Shown here: piece after piece, positions 10,184-23,022 of the stretch
How the letters are laid out: each line of letters opens with the position of its first letter
Position numbering within the stretch: position 1 is the first letter of the stretch
Translations under genes and position numbers: made by a program
The notes under the pieces: generated by a model
Seen by the model: only the letters and a program-made list of their open reading frames with translations
What the model was told of the DNA's origin: nothing
Database searches by the model: none
Assembly: GCA_963806225.1 (NCBI GenBank)
Contig: CAWDXG010000001.1
Location: 128,001-192,000 of the forward strand
DNA length: 64,000 bases
DNA from: an uncultured delta proteobacterium
GTDB taxonomy: Bacteria > Myxococcota_A > Polyangia > Polyangiales > Polyangiaceae
Direction of reading: 5' to 3'

Positions 10184-12097
10184 GCGTCCCCTCGGGAAGC
10201 GCGGCGGCTCTTGCGCAGGAGTTGCTTGACGAGACCGGCAGCCCTGTCCGACAGCTCCGCCGGTGAGCCGTCGGAGGACCCGGTGAAGCGCACCGCGTCG
10301 CATTCGTCGAGCAGCGACGTAATCCGGTCGCAAAGTTCGTCGCGGATACCGGCGGCACGCAGCTCCTCCGGCAGTCCGTCGCGCAGCACGCCGCGGGCCT
10401 TGAGCCCGCTCGCGCCCTCGATGGCCGTGAACACGGCGCGCTCCGCCGCGCTGGCTGTCCGGGCGATGTCGCCGGCTGCCGCTGCGTCGCGAGCCTCGTC
10501 CAGGGCCTGGCCCGCGAGCGTGCCGTGCGCCTCGCGCCGTGCGCGTACTCTCGCACCGATGCCGCGTCCGAGTCCGACCACGCCGCTGACGGCAAACACC
10601 CCGAGCGGACCCGCGAACAGCAGCGCCCAGAACCACGGGCGGTCCGTCACATCCAGGGGCTTGGCGGCCGGAGCACCGAGTGACGTGCGCAGCGTGACCA
10701 GATTGGACAGTGGGTCGTCGTCCCTTGGCGCGTTCTCGGCCTCCGCCTGGCGGTTCGCGGTGACCTGGACACTGCCCAGGGCCGCCGCTGCCACCCGGTA
10801 GGCGTTCTGGTCGGGATCCCAGTACGGCAGGCGGATACTGCCGAGATCCACGTGACCGGCGCGATCGACGTTCACGACGTAGGTGAACTTGCGCCAGCCG
10901 CCGATGGTCGACCCCTGCGGCGCGATCTTGTCCACCGTGCTCGGCTCGAGAAACTCCACTCCGCGCTGCTCGGGGGTGTGGAGCTTGTACGGCAGGTTGC
11001 CTGTGCCTTCGAGCTTCACCACGATCGACACCGCGTCGCCCTGGGTGAGCTGGCGTGGCTCGACGTGCGCGGTGAGCGCGAAGTGCCCCACGTCGCCGAT
11101 GTGATAGCCGGCGGGTCGGCCCGCGAGCGGCGGCTCGCCGACCACGACCTGGAGCGGTCGGGACTTGCGGATGAGTCCGAGGTTCTGCCCCTGCGACGGG
11201 TAGCCACGGCCATCGAAGCCCATGGTCATCGGACCGATGGTCAGTGTCCCGGCGCGGATCGGGAAGAGCGCGAGCTCGCGGATCTTCATCGCGTACCAGA
11301 CGCTGCCGTTGATCGGCACCTGGTACTCCCGTTCGCCGTACGAGTTCTCGAGAATCGTCCACGACAGAAAATCAGCGCGGCTCGGCTCCGACGTGTTTAC
11401 CTCGCGGAACGGTCCCCCGTGTCCGTACGCGTAGATGTCCAGCGTGAGCTGCTGCCCGACCACCACGTGCTTCGGCTTGACCGTCGCGCGCAGGAAAGCG
11501 GTCGGGTCGAGCGGGCGATCCAGCTTCAGGTCGTCCGGATAGCTCGGCAGGAGGTCGAGATCCTGGTCGTCGTTGTTGCCGAAATTGAAGTTGAAGCCGG
11601 GCATGGAGCCGAAGGGACTGTTCTGTCCGAACGGGTTCGGCCCGCCGAAGGGCCAGCCGGGTGACGAGCTCTGGCCCGCCGAGGGGGGCGCGCTGCCGGC
11701 CGGCACGACGACCACCGTCACTGTCTGTCCGGCTCTGCGCGCGCTGCCGACCTGGACCGTCGGCGGTCCGATGCGGAACGTCCCGGTGTGCGCGGCGCGG
11801 AGCGTCCAGGTCACGCTGATACCCTGGCGCTGCTGGATGCGGCCGTTGGCGATGGAGACCTGCTGCTGCGTGGTGATACGCGGCGGGCTGGCGCTGATGC
11901 CCGGAGGCACCCTCAGCCGCGGGCTGCCCGGGGTCGCCGAGCCCCGATCCGCCATGGCGTCCAGCTGCACCCGGAAGCTCTGTCCGACGCCGACGCGCTG
12001 CGCGCTGACCTGCGTGTGGAGCGACATGGCGCGGGCCGGCGCTGCCACTGCCGTGGCGCCCAGTGTCGCGAGCGCTGCCAGTCACAGCGGGTTTCAC
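10180..12097 (-). CDS. batD: BatD family protein (+1 frameshift in the signal peptide near 12083)
   Basis: GTFRIGPPTV, VGQQLTL, LFPIRAGTLTIGP, VGHFAL...GTGNL, YWDP..Y motifs; operon position. Confidence 0.85.
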
Positions 12098-14176
12098 TTG
12101 TCCTCCATGCCGCGGACCTGGCTCTGCTGCGCCTGGTTCTTCGCGGCTTGTTGCTGCAACGTAGGAGCCCGCTCGAGCATGTCCAGCATCCGCTGGTCCT
12201 GGTTCGCGGATGGCGGTGGGCGGCCGGCGTCGGGGCGCTTCTGGTTCTGCGGGCCGGCGTCGGGGCGGCCTCCGCCGTCCTGCTTGCCGCCGTCCTGTCC
12301 CTGGCCCTTGCCGCCGTCCTTGCCGCCGTCTTTGCCGCCGTCCTTGCCGCCGTCCTGCCCGCCGTCTTTGCCGCCGTCTTTCCCGCCGTCCTTGTCCGCC
12401 GTCCTTGCCGCCGTCCTTGCCACTGTCCGGTCTGCTGCGTCGGGCCGCGCATCGGGGCCGGCGTCGTGCTGCTGGTCGCGGATGCGCTGGAGGGCGATGG
12501 CGCGGTTCCACGCCGCGTCGCGGCCGATACCGTCGCCCGCGTCGCCCGGGAAGCCCGGGATGAGCTTCAGCGCCGAGTCGTACTGGTCGACGGCCGCCTG
12601 GTACTGCTGCCGCAGGAACTCCAGGTTGCCCGCCAGGTAGTAGGCGCGCGCGCGCAGATCGATGGGCACGGTGTCGTCGCCCGCGATGAGCCGGACAATC
12701 TTGAGCGCGCAGTCGACCTGCTCGCTGCGCTTCTCGGCCTGCTGCTGCTCCTTCGGTGTGGGCCCGCCCTCGCCCACGTGCTCTTCCTCGTCGCCGAAGC
12801 GGCGGCCGAACTGCTCGCCGATGCGGAACAGTCCAAGCCCCAGGTCGAAGCCCGCGTTGTGCTTCTTGCGAACGCTGTCGGGCGCGCCGATATCGCCCTT
12901 CTCGCACTTGCCGGTCGAAAGATAGTCCTCGAGCAGATCCGCGGCCGCGCCCGCGTCCCCGGCGTCGAGCGCCTCGATGCGCGTCGTCGACCGGCGGCGC
13001 GTGACGCCTGAACAGCTTGTCCGGGCCGTGGCCGCAGCCGGCGGCCAGGAGCAGCGCCGAGGCCGACCAGCGCCGCACCTGCAGCGGCGCGTTCGACGGC
13101 TCGTCGCTTCTTCTTCCGGCGCCTGCGGGGCGGCGGCGGCACGATGGTGCGGCTTGCGAGCGCTTCTTCGCCTGCGAGATGAACGTCTCCAGCACGAGCA
13201 GCAGGATCGCCAGGCCCAGCGGATACATGTACACGTCCGCGTACACGGTCTCGACCTTCTCGCTCAGCTCCTCCGTCATCATGCGCTTGAGCCCCAGCGC
13301 GATCTTGCGGATGCCCGTGGAGCCGTGCTCGGCGCGGACGACGCGGCCGTGCGTGACCTCGGCGATCTTCGCCAGCTGCGCTTCGCCTTCGGCCGAGAGC
13401 GAGGTCGTCAGGGGCTTGCCCTGCGCGTCGGTGCGCCAGTCGACGATCTCGCCGGACTCGTTCACCTCCGGGATGGGCTCGGGCGTGCGTCCGCCGATCT
13501 GCACTACGTCGATGGTGATGTTGTCGCCTGCGGCCGACTGCGGCGACGCTGACCGGGTCGCCCTCCAGATCCTCGCCGTCGGTGACCAGCACCATCACGC
13601 GGCGGTGCTTCTTCGAGAGCGGATCGCGGTCGAGCAGGTCGCGCCCGGCCTCCAGAGCCCGCGCGATGGCCGTGCCGCCGACGGGCATGTCGTTCGGCGT
13701 GAGTTGGCGGAAGAACTGCGCGATGGCGCTGCCGTCGCTGGTCAGCGGGAAGCTCAGCGGCTCGCCGGCGAACGCCACCGCGCCGAAGCGCGCGCCGGGC
13801 AGATCGGCGATCAGCCGCGCCACTTCGCTCTTGGCGCGCGCGATGCGCGACGGCTTCACGTCGCGCGCGTACATGCTCTTCGAGTAGTCGAGCACGATGA
13901 TCACGTCGAGGTTCGTCGCCGGGAATCAGCTTCGTGCCGCGCCCGTACTGCGGCTGCGCCAGCGCCACGAAGCCGAGCGCGACGGCCAGCACCAGCAGCA
14001 CGCCCTTGACCGAGCGCCGCCGCCCGGCCCGGCTGGTGACCAGCGCGGCCATGCGGTCCTCGTCGCCGAAGCGCCGGATCGAGCGCAGCAGCAGGATCCC
14101 GCCGGCGATCAGGAGCGCCGCCACGACCAGCGCGAACGCCGTGCCGAACAGCCAGAGCGGCTGCCGCGAACTTCAC
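12094..14176 (-). CDS. batB: BatB VWA protein apparently fused to a BatC-like TPR domain (several frameshifts)
   Basis: ALAQPQYG, DYSKSMY MIDAS, GAVAFAGE..PLTSD, GTAIARAL, LVTDGED; then AYYLAGNLEFLRQQYQAAVDQYDSAL..AAWNRAIA TPR and a KDGG-repeat tail. Confidence 0.75.
12281..12420. repeat. Imperfect 12-bp tandem repeat (ccgccgtccttg) encoding (K/Q)DGG units
   Basis: About 10 copies visible inside the BatC-like low-complexity tail. Confidence 0.8.
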
Positions 14177-15414
14177 GGGAACCTCCTGAGCAGGAGCGCG
14201 CGCAGCAGCGCGTCGAGCGCCAGAAGCAGCACGCCCGGCAGCAGCAGGTAGCGATACAGGTCCTCGTAGCTGGCGATGCTGGCCTCGAAGCGCGTCTTCT
14301 CCAGCTTGTTCAGCACGTCGTGGAAGCTCGCTTGCAGCGCCTTGGCGTCCGTGGCGACGTACATCTCGCCGCCGGTCTTCGCCGCGAGCTTCTTCAGGAG
14401 CTTGGGGTTCGTGGGGAAGGGAACGGTGACGTAGCGGGGTTGGCCGAACAGATCGTAGCCGTCCTGCACTTCGCCCGTCTCGCCGCGCCGATCTGGATCG
14501 GTGTAGAGGCGGACGCCGACCACGTTGGCCAGGTGGGCCGCGTACTCGGGCGCAATGCGGCCGGCGTTGTTGTCGCCGTCGGTCAGCAGGATGACGGCCT
14601 TGCTGCGGGCGTGGCTGTGGCGGAGCCTCGCTATCGCGACGCCCAGCGCGTCGCCGATGGCCGTCGCGCTGCCGTCGATGAGCTTCGAGCTGCATCTTGC
14701 TGACCAGCGTGTCGAGCAGGTGGTAGTCGAGCGTCGGCGGCGACAGGACGTAGGCGTGCTTGCCGAACACGACCACGCCGATGCGGTCGGTCTTGCGCCG
14801 CGAGATGAAGTCGCGGATGACGGCCTTGGCTCCGTCGAGCCGCGTCGGACGCTCGGCCCGCGAGCGCTTCGGCGCCAGGTGCATCAGATCGGGCGGCAGG
14901 TTGTCGAGCACGGCCTGCATCGAGCCGGAGAGGTCCAGCACGATCACGATGTCGATGCCCGACTCGTCCGCTGTCTGCGGGCGCAGCGTGTTCACCGGCC
15001 TGGCCATGGCGGCGACCAGCAGCACCAGGCCGACCGAGCGCACCACGCCCGGCACGTCGCGCAGCCACACGCGCCAGCCGGAGGGCCCCGTGCGAGCGGC
15101 GCCAGCGTGCCGAGCCTGAGGCGCGGCGTGCGGCGGTCCTCGCCGAACGTGCTGCGCCAGAACACGAACGGCACCGCGAGCAGGCCGAGCAGGAACCACT
15201 TCTGGCGCCAGGTCGCGTAGAGCAGCTCGTCGCCGCGCGCGATGGCTGGATAGGCGAGCGCCGAGTGCCGTCACACCAGCGTGGCAAGCACGACGATGCC
15301 GATGCGCGCGAACAACCGGCGTCGGGCGGCGCGGCCCGGCGTGTCGCGCGGGTCGCGCGGCGGCCGCCGCGACGCGGGGCGCCTTTGGCCTGGGCGTTTC
15401 GGTTCGCTCTTCAC
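14173..15414 (-). CDS. batA: BatA VWA domain protein (several frameshifts)
   Basis: AMARP, GIDIVIVLDLSGSM, DRIGVVVFG..AY..SPPTLD, TAIGDALG, ILLTDG.NNAG. Confidence 0.85.
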
Positions 15415-16918
15415 GCCTTGCCTCCGTCGTCGTCGCGCGGCTTGTCCGCTTCCTTCACCGCGCCCGTGTTCGGCGCGTCGGCTTCGCCTCCGGCTCCGGC
15501 GGCGCATAGGGCGAGCGCGGCTCGGCGGCTTCGGTCGCTTCGGCAGCGCCCGCTCCGGATGCGTTCTCCGGCGGGGTCGTTCCCGGCGGGACGGCGGCCG
15601 CGGCCGGCCCCGGTGCCCGCTGCGCTGCCGGGTCTCAGCGGCGGGATCGTGCTGTGCACGATGTGCTCGCCGCGCCCGAGCGCCGTCTCGCAATCCTGCT
15701 CGGTGGGCGTGAGCCGCGCGAACTTCACCAGATCCGCCTCGCGCAGGAACACCTCGATCTCGGGCAGCGCGGTCACGGTCGGAGTCACCCGACCGATGAA
15801 GCCCAGGATCTCGCGCGTCGTGCTCTCCAGTCCGTCGAAGCCGTAGCGATCGCCCAGGTACTTGCGCACCGTGTGCGAGACGCGATCGAAGTGCTCGCTG
15901 AAGCGCTGGTCCTCGATCAGGCCGGCGTGCCGGATGTCGAACAGCTCCTCCAGTGCCACCTCCCAGGGCGGCCGCGGCGGCGGCGGCGGCGGCTCGGGCC
16001 GCGGACGCCGGAGCCAGCGGCCCAGAAGCCACGCGACCAGCGCGCCGACCACCAGCGCGATCAGCGCCGCGTACGTGACGTCGCGCGCGGTCGTCCACTC
16101 CTCGCATCTGGCGGCGCGGCTGCGGGATTGGCGTGGGGTTTGGCGTGCGGCGTGCTCGCCGTCGGATCGTCGACGGTGATCTCGTGCGGCTCGGTGCACA
16201 GCGTGATCACCTCGCCGCTGGCGCGCGCGATCGCGATTGGCAACGGGCGGCACCGTCAGTTTCTGGCGCCCCGGCTTCTTCGGCAGCGGCACCAGCGGGA
16301 TCCTCACGGTCGTGGTCGCGCGCTGGCCGCTTTCCTTGGTCTGCATCGGTGGGACCCGCGCCGCCGTCGGGGTCGGGCAGCGCGAAGCCGGCGCGCTCCA
16401 GTGCGTGCTCGCTGTCGCTGCCGAGCTCGAGGTGGAAGCCGTTCGGGAGCACGGTCTCGCCCTTGCCGTGCTCGACCGTCACGGTCAGCGTCGCGACGTG
16501 GCCGCTGACGCCCCGCGGCGGAAGCTTCTCGGTCAGCTTGGGGCGCTGCTTGCCGGCCGGCACGTGCTCGATGCAGCTCGCGGTTACGCTGCCCTGATCG
16601 GCGACGCCCCCGTCCGGCGCGGCCAGAGCGGGGGCCGGTGCGTCCGCCCGCTGCGCGTCGCTGGGCGCCGCATCCGCCGGCGCGCCCGCGTCCGTCGGCG
16701 CGCCCGCATCGTGTGCCTTTGCGGCGTGCTTTGCGGCGGTGTGCCTTGCGGCGGCGTGCTTTGCGGCGGGCTCCGGGGCGGCGGCGCTGGCGTGCGGCGC
16801 CGGCGCCGCGGGCGGCGGGGGCGGTGCGGGCGTTCCGCCGTCTGCCGCTGCGGCGCTCCGGGGAGCCAGGCTCCCGGCGGCCAGCAGCGCTGCTGCGATT
16901 GCGGCCGCGCCGCCTCAT
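15411..16918 (-). CDS. Bat-operon membrane protein (DUF4381-like; several frameshifts)
   Basis: Signal peptide, TM helix, PPPPPRPPWEVALEEL...VRKYL.DRYGFDGLESTTREI...ADLVKFA; lies between DUF58 and batA. Confidence 0.7.
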
Positions 16919-17797
16919 CGCCGCGCCCTCCGTGCGCGCCGCGCGAACAGGTCGTGCAGCGGCTTGATGTAGGGCTGGTCGGTCCTGACGACGCAGTGAT
17001 CGAGCCCGAGCTTGCGGAACAGCTTGACCTGCTGCATGCGCAGGTGCCGCATCTGGTGGGCGTAGTAGGCGCGCACGCGCGGGCTCGACGTGTCGACCAC
17101 CACGCTCTCGCCCGTCTCCAGATCCTCGAAGCTCGCCAGCCCGACGTCCGGCAGCTCCTCGTCGCGCGGGTCGACCAGCATCACCGGGATCACGTCGTGG
17201 CGCGCCGCCGCGAGCGACAGCGCGCGCTCGTAGTCGTCGGCGAAGAAGTCGCTCAGCACGAAAGCCACGCTGCGCCGCCGCGCGACGCTGTACAGCGTCT
17301 CGCAGCGCCACCTTCAGGTCGGTGCCCGTGCGCTCGGGCTCGGCGCCCAGGATCTCGCGCACCACGCGCATCACGTGCTTCTGCCCCTTCTTGGGCGGCA
17401 CGATCTTCTCGATCTGGTCCGTGGCCAGGATCAGCCCGACGCGGTCGTTGTGCTTGATGGCGCTGAACGCGCACAGCGCGCCCACCTCGGCGGCCAGCCG
17501 CGACTTGCTGGCCTTCCGCGTGCCGAACTCCTCGCTCGCCGACAGATCGACGACGAGCATCATCGTCATCTCGCGCTCTTCGACGAAGACCTTGACGTAG
17601 GCCTCGTTCATGCGCGCGCTGACGTTCCAGTCGATGGTGCGGACGTCGTCGCCGGGCTGGTACTGGCGCACCTCGCGGAAGGCCAGCCCCTGCCCCTTGA
17701 ACACGGACGTGTAGTTGCCCGACAGCTGCTCGGTCGCGAGCCGGTTGGTCGTGATCTCGATCTTGCGGAGGGCCTTGAGGAGCTCCTTGGGGATCAC
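16915..17797 (-). CDS. DUF58 domain protein (+1 frameshift near 17300)
   Basis: GNYTSVFKGQGLAFREVRQYQPGDDVRTIDWNVSAR...EEREM...DLSAS, FVLSDF. Confidence 0.92.
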
Positions 17798-17845
17798 GAG
17801 CAGACCTGATTCCGTAGCTTGTGCCGAGCGGCGGGCATGGGCGAC

Positions 17846-18834
<989 letters not shown>

Positions 18835-18933
18835 TTCGGCTAGCTCCTCGGCTTCAGGGGGTCATCGCTATAGCGCGACCACCGAGGCCGGGACAATTGC
18901 GGCCGGCCGCCTATTCCACCGCTTTGGGCCTGA

Positions 18934-19473
18934 TCAGTCGCGGTTGGACGGCGCACGCTGCGCGGCGGGGATCGTCACGCGGCGGTCCGTCCGGTCCGCG
19001 TCCAGCATGCAGCTCCGCTTGACCTTCTGGCAGCGCCCGGTGCGCGTCACGAGCTGGATCCGGAACTCGTCGCCGTCCCCGACCACGAAGCGGTCGCGCG
19101 CCTTGAGTCCGGGCCAGGCGATTTCCCAGGTCCCGGCTCGCAGCCTCACCCGCGCGCTGCGGGGGCTCGTGCCTGCCGGCACCGTGACCGAGACCGGCTT
19201 GCGAGGGTCCTTGCCGGCCAGCGCGGGGGGACGGATCGGACGCATCCGCAGCGCCAGCGCCGCGTCCGCCGCTTCCTGCTCGGGATGACAGGTCAGTCTG
19301 CCGGCCGCGCGCCGGGCGTCGCAGGCTGTCAGCTTCCAGTGGTTGTGCGTGACGGTGACCGTTCCGTGCGGCCCGGGTTCCAGCGAGCTGGGCGGCCCGG
19401 CACTCGGCACCGATGCGGCGCCACCCAACAGGGGGACCGCAAGGAATACGGCAGCGATCGCGGCTCTCGACAT
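18934..19473 (-). CDS. Secreted hypothetical protein
   Basis: MSRAAIAAVFLAVPLLGG signal; paired Cys. Confidence 0.5.
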   Translation of the reverse strand: MSRAAIAAVFLAVPLLGGAASVPSAGPPSSLEPGPHGTVTVTHNHWKLTACDARRAAGRLTCHPEQEAADAALALRMRPIRPPALAGKDPRKPVSVTVPAGTSPRSARVRLRAGTWEIAWPGLKARDRFVVGDGDEFRIQLVTRTGRCQKVKRSCMLDADRTDRRVTIPAAQRAPSNRD

Positions 19474-19602
19474 CGTTTCGGCCTTTCGCGAGGCAGCGCT
19501 CCCGCACGCGCGGGCGAATGTTGGACGGAGTCTGCAGCTCCCGTGTTCAAATCGCGAGGGCTCCAGCAATGCTGGAATCCGTGGCAGGCGGATCCAGGCC
19601 GG

Positions 19603-20409
19603 TCAGTCAGACGGAGCCTCGCGATGCCGCCTTCTTCTGCCCAGCAGCTCCGCGACCCGCTCCCGGCAGGCCTCGCTCCGGAAACACGCGAGCTGCGCTT
19701 CGCGCTCTTCCGCTAGAGCGGCCGAGAGCTCCCGGCGATCCACCTTGCGCATCGTAGCCAGGATCGCATCCCGTGCGAGCGGCGCCAGCTCCGCCCAGCT
19801 CCGGGCGTGATCCCGCCAGCGCTGCTCGTGCCTGGCCGCTGGGGCGACCTCGTCGACCAGTCCGATGGCGAGTGCTTCCATCGCGCCCAGCTGCGGGCTG
19901 CGCAGCATGAGGTCGAGCGCACGCGAGCGCCCCACGCGCCGAGGCAGGAAATAGCTCGCGCCCCAGTCCGGCCCCAGCCCCGCGCGCGCGAAGCCCGTCG
20001 ACAGTCGCGAGTTCTCCGAGCAGAGCCGGTAGTCACAGGCCAGCGCGAGGCCCAGCCCGGCGCCGACCGCTGCGCCGTTGATGGCTGCCAGGGTGGGCTT
20101 GCGCACCTCGCACGCCAGACGCAGGACGACCTCCGCGTCCACGTCCAGCATGCCGGCGAGCACCTGGTCGCCGTCGGGTTCGTCCGCCAGCGCGGCCAGG
20201 TGCTGAAGGTCGGTTCCGGAGCAGAACGCTTCGCCCGCGCCGCGGAGCACGATCGCGCCGATCGCCGGATCGTCGGCGATCACCTGCAGATGGCTCGCGA
20301 GCTGCTCGCGCATGGTACCGGCCAGGGCGTTGCGTCGCGCCGGCCGCTCCAGCGTCAGTATCGCGACGGCCCCCTCGCGATCGATCGTCACCCGTCCCTC
20401 GTCGCGCAT
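19603..20409 (-). CDS. Enoyl-CoA hydratase/isomerase (crotonase family)
   Basis: LERPARRNAL, GAGEAFCSGTDL, KPTLAAINGAAVGAGLGLALACD, GLGPDWGASYFLPR. Confidence 0.92.
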   Translation of the reverse strand: MRDEGRVTIDREGAVAILTLERPARRNALAGTMREQLASHLQVIADDPAIGAIVLRGAGEAFCSGTDLQHLAALADEPDGDQVLAGMLDVDAEVVLRLACEVRKPTLAAINGAAVGAGLGLALACDYRLCSENSRLSTGFARAGLGPDWGASYFLPRRVGRSRALDLMLRSPQLGAMEALAIGLVDEVAPAARHEQRWRDHARSWAELAPLARDAILATMRKVDRRELSAALAEEREAQLACFRSEACRERVAELLGRRRRHREAPSD

Positions 20410-20486
20410 GGCCCCCTGGTCGCACGGCGTCTGGCGCGCTTCAAGCGACGGTGGCCCCGCGTCGCCGGCTCGGCTAGGCAGAGGGC

Positions 20487-21647
20487 GTGGCAGGACAGAG
20501 CCGGCCTCTCTTGTCGTTGCTCCGCTGGCTCGGGCCGTGGACGGCGGACAGCGTCGTGCCGACGGGGATAGACCGAACGGTCTGGCTTCTGCGCGATGGA
20601 CCGCTTGCCGGATACCGCGCTCATCGCGCCGGAGAGACGCGCGATCCGGATCGCCCCGCGCGCCTCGAGGCCTACGAGTACCACCCGCCACGGGAGCCCG
20701 TGGGCAGCTACCTGATCGCACCGGGGCTGCACTTTCTCGGTCCCGACGACCCGCGCCTCGATCGATTCTGCCGCGTGCTGGCGGCCGCGGGCTTCCACGT
20801 CGTGGCGCCGTTCCTGCCGGCCTACGTCGACCTGTGCGTGCATCCGAGCGCGTCCGACGATCTCGAAACGGTGGCGCGTGCACTCGGCGATCGCCTCGCG
20901 CCCGGACGGCGGCCGACACTGTTCAGCATCTCGTTCGGCTCCTGGCCCGCGTTCGAGGTAGCTGCGCGGCTCGGCAGCGCGATCGACGGCGTCATCACCT
21001 TCGGCGGCTATTCCGACTTCGACGCGGCCGTGCGCTTCTGCGTCGACGGCGTCATGCGTTCGCCGGAGGGCGACGTGACGCTCGCGCGCGACCCGCTCAA
21101 TTCGCCCGCACTCTTCCTCAACATCCTGCCCTGGCTCGAGCACACGGGTGGCAGTACCGCCGAGCTCGAGTCCGCGTGGCGTCGGATGGTGTACCGCACC
21201 TGGGGGCGCATGGAGCTGAAGCAGCCGGGACGCCTCGAGCCGTTCGCCCGCGAGCTCGTGGCGGACGTGCCGGAGCGGCATCGCGAGCTGTTCCTGATCG
21301 GGTGTGGCGTCGTCCCTGGTGCGATCGACCTGGTGGAAGCGGGCCTGGGGCGGGCGCGGGGTGCGCTCTCGTTCGCCGATCCCGGTCTGGCGCTACGCCG
21401 GCTCGAATGCCCCGTCGTCATCTGCCATGGCCGGGACGATGACGTGATTCCCTATGGCGAGGCGTACAAGCTCGCGCGCGTGCTGGAGCCGCGTGTCCCC
21501 ACACGCCTGCACCTGACGGGGCTGTACGGGCACACGGGCGCCGGCAGACCGGGTGCAGGCGCGGCCGTGCGCGAAGCGGGCGCGCTGTTGTCGATCGCAC
21601 GCGCGATTGCGCATGGGAGCGCATTGCGCCGCATGCTCGAGCGCTAG
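20487..21647 (+). CDS. Alpha/beta hydrolase fold protein
   Basis: FSISFGS nucleophile elbow, ICHGRDDDVIP acid, GLYGH His. Confidence 0.7.
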   Translation: MAGQSRPLLSLLRWLGPWTADSVVPTGIDRTVWLLRDGPLAGYRAHRAGETRDPDRPARLEAYEYHPPREPVGSYLIAPGLHFLGPDDPRLDRFCRVLAAAGFHVVAPFLPAYVDLCVHPSASDDLETVARALGDRLAPGRRPTLFSISFGSWPAFEVAARLGSAIDGVITFGGYSDFDAAVRFCVDGVMRSPEGDVTLARDPLNSPALFLNILPWLEHTGGSTAELESAWRRMVYRTWGRMELKQPGRLEPFARELVADVPERHRELFLIGCGVVPGAIDLVEAGLGRARGALSFADPGLALRRLECPVVICHGRDDDVIPYGEAYKLARVLEPRVPTRLHLTGLYGHTGAGRPGAGAAVREAGALLSIARAIAHGSALRRMLER

Positions 21648-21688
21648 ATCGTAGCATTTTGCTACACTTGTGTGTCAATTTGACACAT

Positions 21689-21717
21689 TTGCACGCCGTC
21701 TTGCCCAGATCTAATAT
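21689..21717 (+). promoter_or_regulatory. Sigma70-type promoter of the tetR-methyltransferase-hgcAB-like operon
   Basis: TTGCAC (21689-21694), 17-bp spacer, TAATAT (21712-21717) in an AT-rich intergenic patch. Confidence 0.7.
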
Positions 21718-21735
21718 GGGTGACTGGTCACCCAT
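21716..21735. promoter_or_regulatory. Palindromic operator, probably for the adjacent TetR
   Basis: ATGGGTGAC-TG-GTCACCCAT, perfect 9-bp arms overlapping the -10 box and the expected start site. Confidence 0.7.
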
Positions 21736-21749
21736 GAAAGCCAGGGACG

Positions 21750-22365
21750 ATGCCGCGGGTTAGCGCAGAGGCGAGGGCGGAGGCGCGCCGCCGCCTGCTC
21801 GAGGCGGGTGCGGAGCACTTCGCCAGGGACGGGCTCGAGCGGGCGAGCGTGGACGCTATCGCCGTCGGCGCCGGCTACGCCAAGGGCACCTTCTACAACT
21901 ACTTCGACAGCAAGGAAGCGCTGTTCGGGGAGGTGATCGCGGAGGGCGCGCGGCGCGCGGTCGCGCGCTACGCGGAAGTCGAGGAGCGCGGCAGCGTGCG
22001 CGAGCGGCTCACGGCGCTGGCCGCCGCGGACGTGACCGTCCTCTGCGAAGAGGAAGCATTCATGAAGGTCGTGGTGCGCGAAGCGATGAGCTTCCGCGCG
22101 GAAACGTACCCGGTGGTCGTCCAGCATCTCGCGCCGTACCTCTCGAAGGTCGAGTCGGTGCTCGTCGGACGGCATTGCAGCCGGCGAGATCCGCAGCGAC
22201 AGGCCGAGCGTGCAGCTGGCGCTGATGTTCGTCGGGACGCTGACGCTTCTCTACGTGCAGCACTGGGGCAGCGGCGGAGCCTGGCCGTCGCTCGACGACG
22301 TGCCGGACCTCGCCGTCGGTGCGTTCCTCGACGGCGCCGCCGTCCGCAAGGGAGACACAGCATGA
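21750..22365 (+). CDS. TetR/AcrR family regulator (+1 frameshift near 22167)
   Basis: RRRLLEAGAEHFARDGLERASVDAIAVGAGYAKGTFYNYFDSKEAL HTH; C-terminus DGIAAGEIRSD... in shifted frame; stop overlaps next ATG. Confidence 0.9.
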
Positions 22366-23022
22366 GCAGCTTCGTCTGGATGAAGGTTCTGGAGTCCGCG
22401 CCGGAGCGCTACGATCGCGGCATCAACATGCTGTCGGGCGGGCACATCGAGGAGGTGTATGAACGCATTGCCGGACGTGTAGCGTCGCCGGGCAAGCGCA
22501 TTCTCGATATCGGCTGTGGCACGGGCGGGGTGTCGCTGGCCTGCGCCGCGCGCGGCGCGACGGTGACGGGGATCGACATCGACAGCGGCATGCTCGAGGT
22601 GGCGCGGCACAAGCCCGTGCCGGACAAGGGCAGCGTGGAATTCGTCGAGCTCGGCGCCGCGGAAATCGAGGATCGCTTCGAGGAAGCAACCCTGGACGCG
22701 GTCGTGTCGTGCTCTGGCCATGAGCGAGCTGTCGCCCGACGAGCAGGACTACGCGCTCGGCATTGCCTTCTCGCGGCTGGTGCCCGGCGGAATGATCGTG
22801 ATCGCGGACGAGACCACGCCAACGAGCGGACTGTCGCGGCTCGTCTACCGGCTCAAGCGATTGCCCGTCGTCGCCGCTACCTACCTGCTCACCCAGACCA
22901 CGACGCGGCCCGTGAAGAATCTCGCGAGACGCATCGAAGCGGCGGGGTTCTCGCGCGTCGAGGAAGAACGACTCGGGTCGGGCAGCTTCGTGATCGTGCA
23001 GGGGGTGAAGGCGGCATCATGA
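22362..23022 (+). CDS. Class I SAM-dependent methyltransferase, corrinoid-protein-associated (CpaM-like; +1 frameshift near 22713)
   Basis: MSSFVWMKVLESAPERYDRGI..., ILDIGCGTG, GIDIDSGML, LAMSELSPDE, LVPGGMIVIADE; ATGA overlaps on both sides. Confidence 0.85.

Noticed and set aside
12281..12420. Short tandem repeats here and at about 8200-8300 and 60150-60210 as CRISPR or VNTR elements
   Set aside because: Unit lengths are multiples of three, there are no spacers or cas genes, and they encode low-complexity protein linkers.
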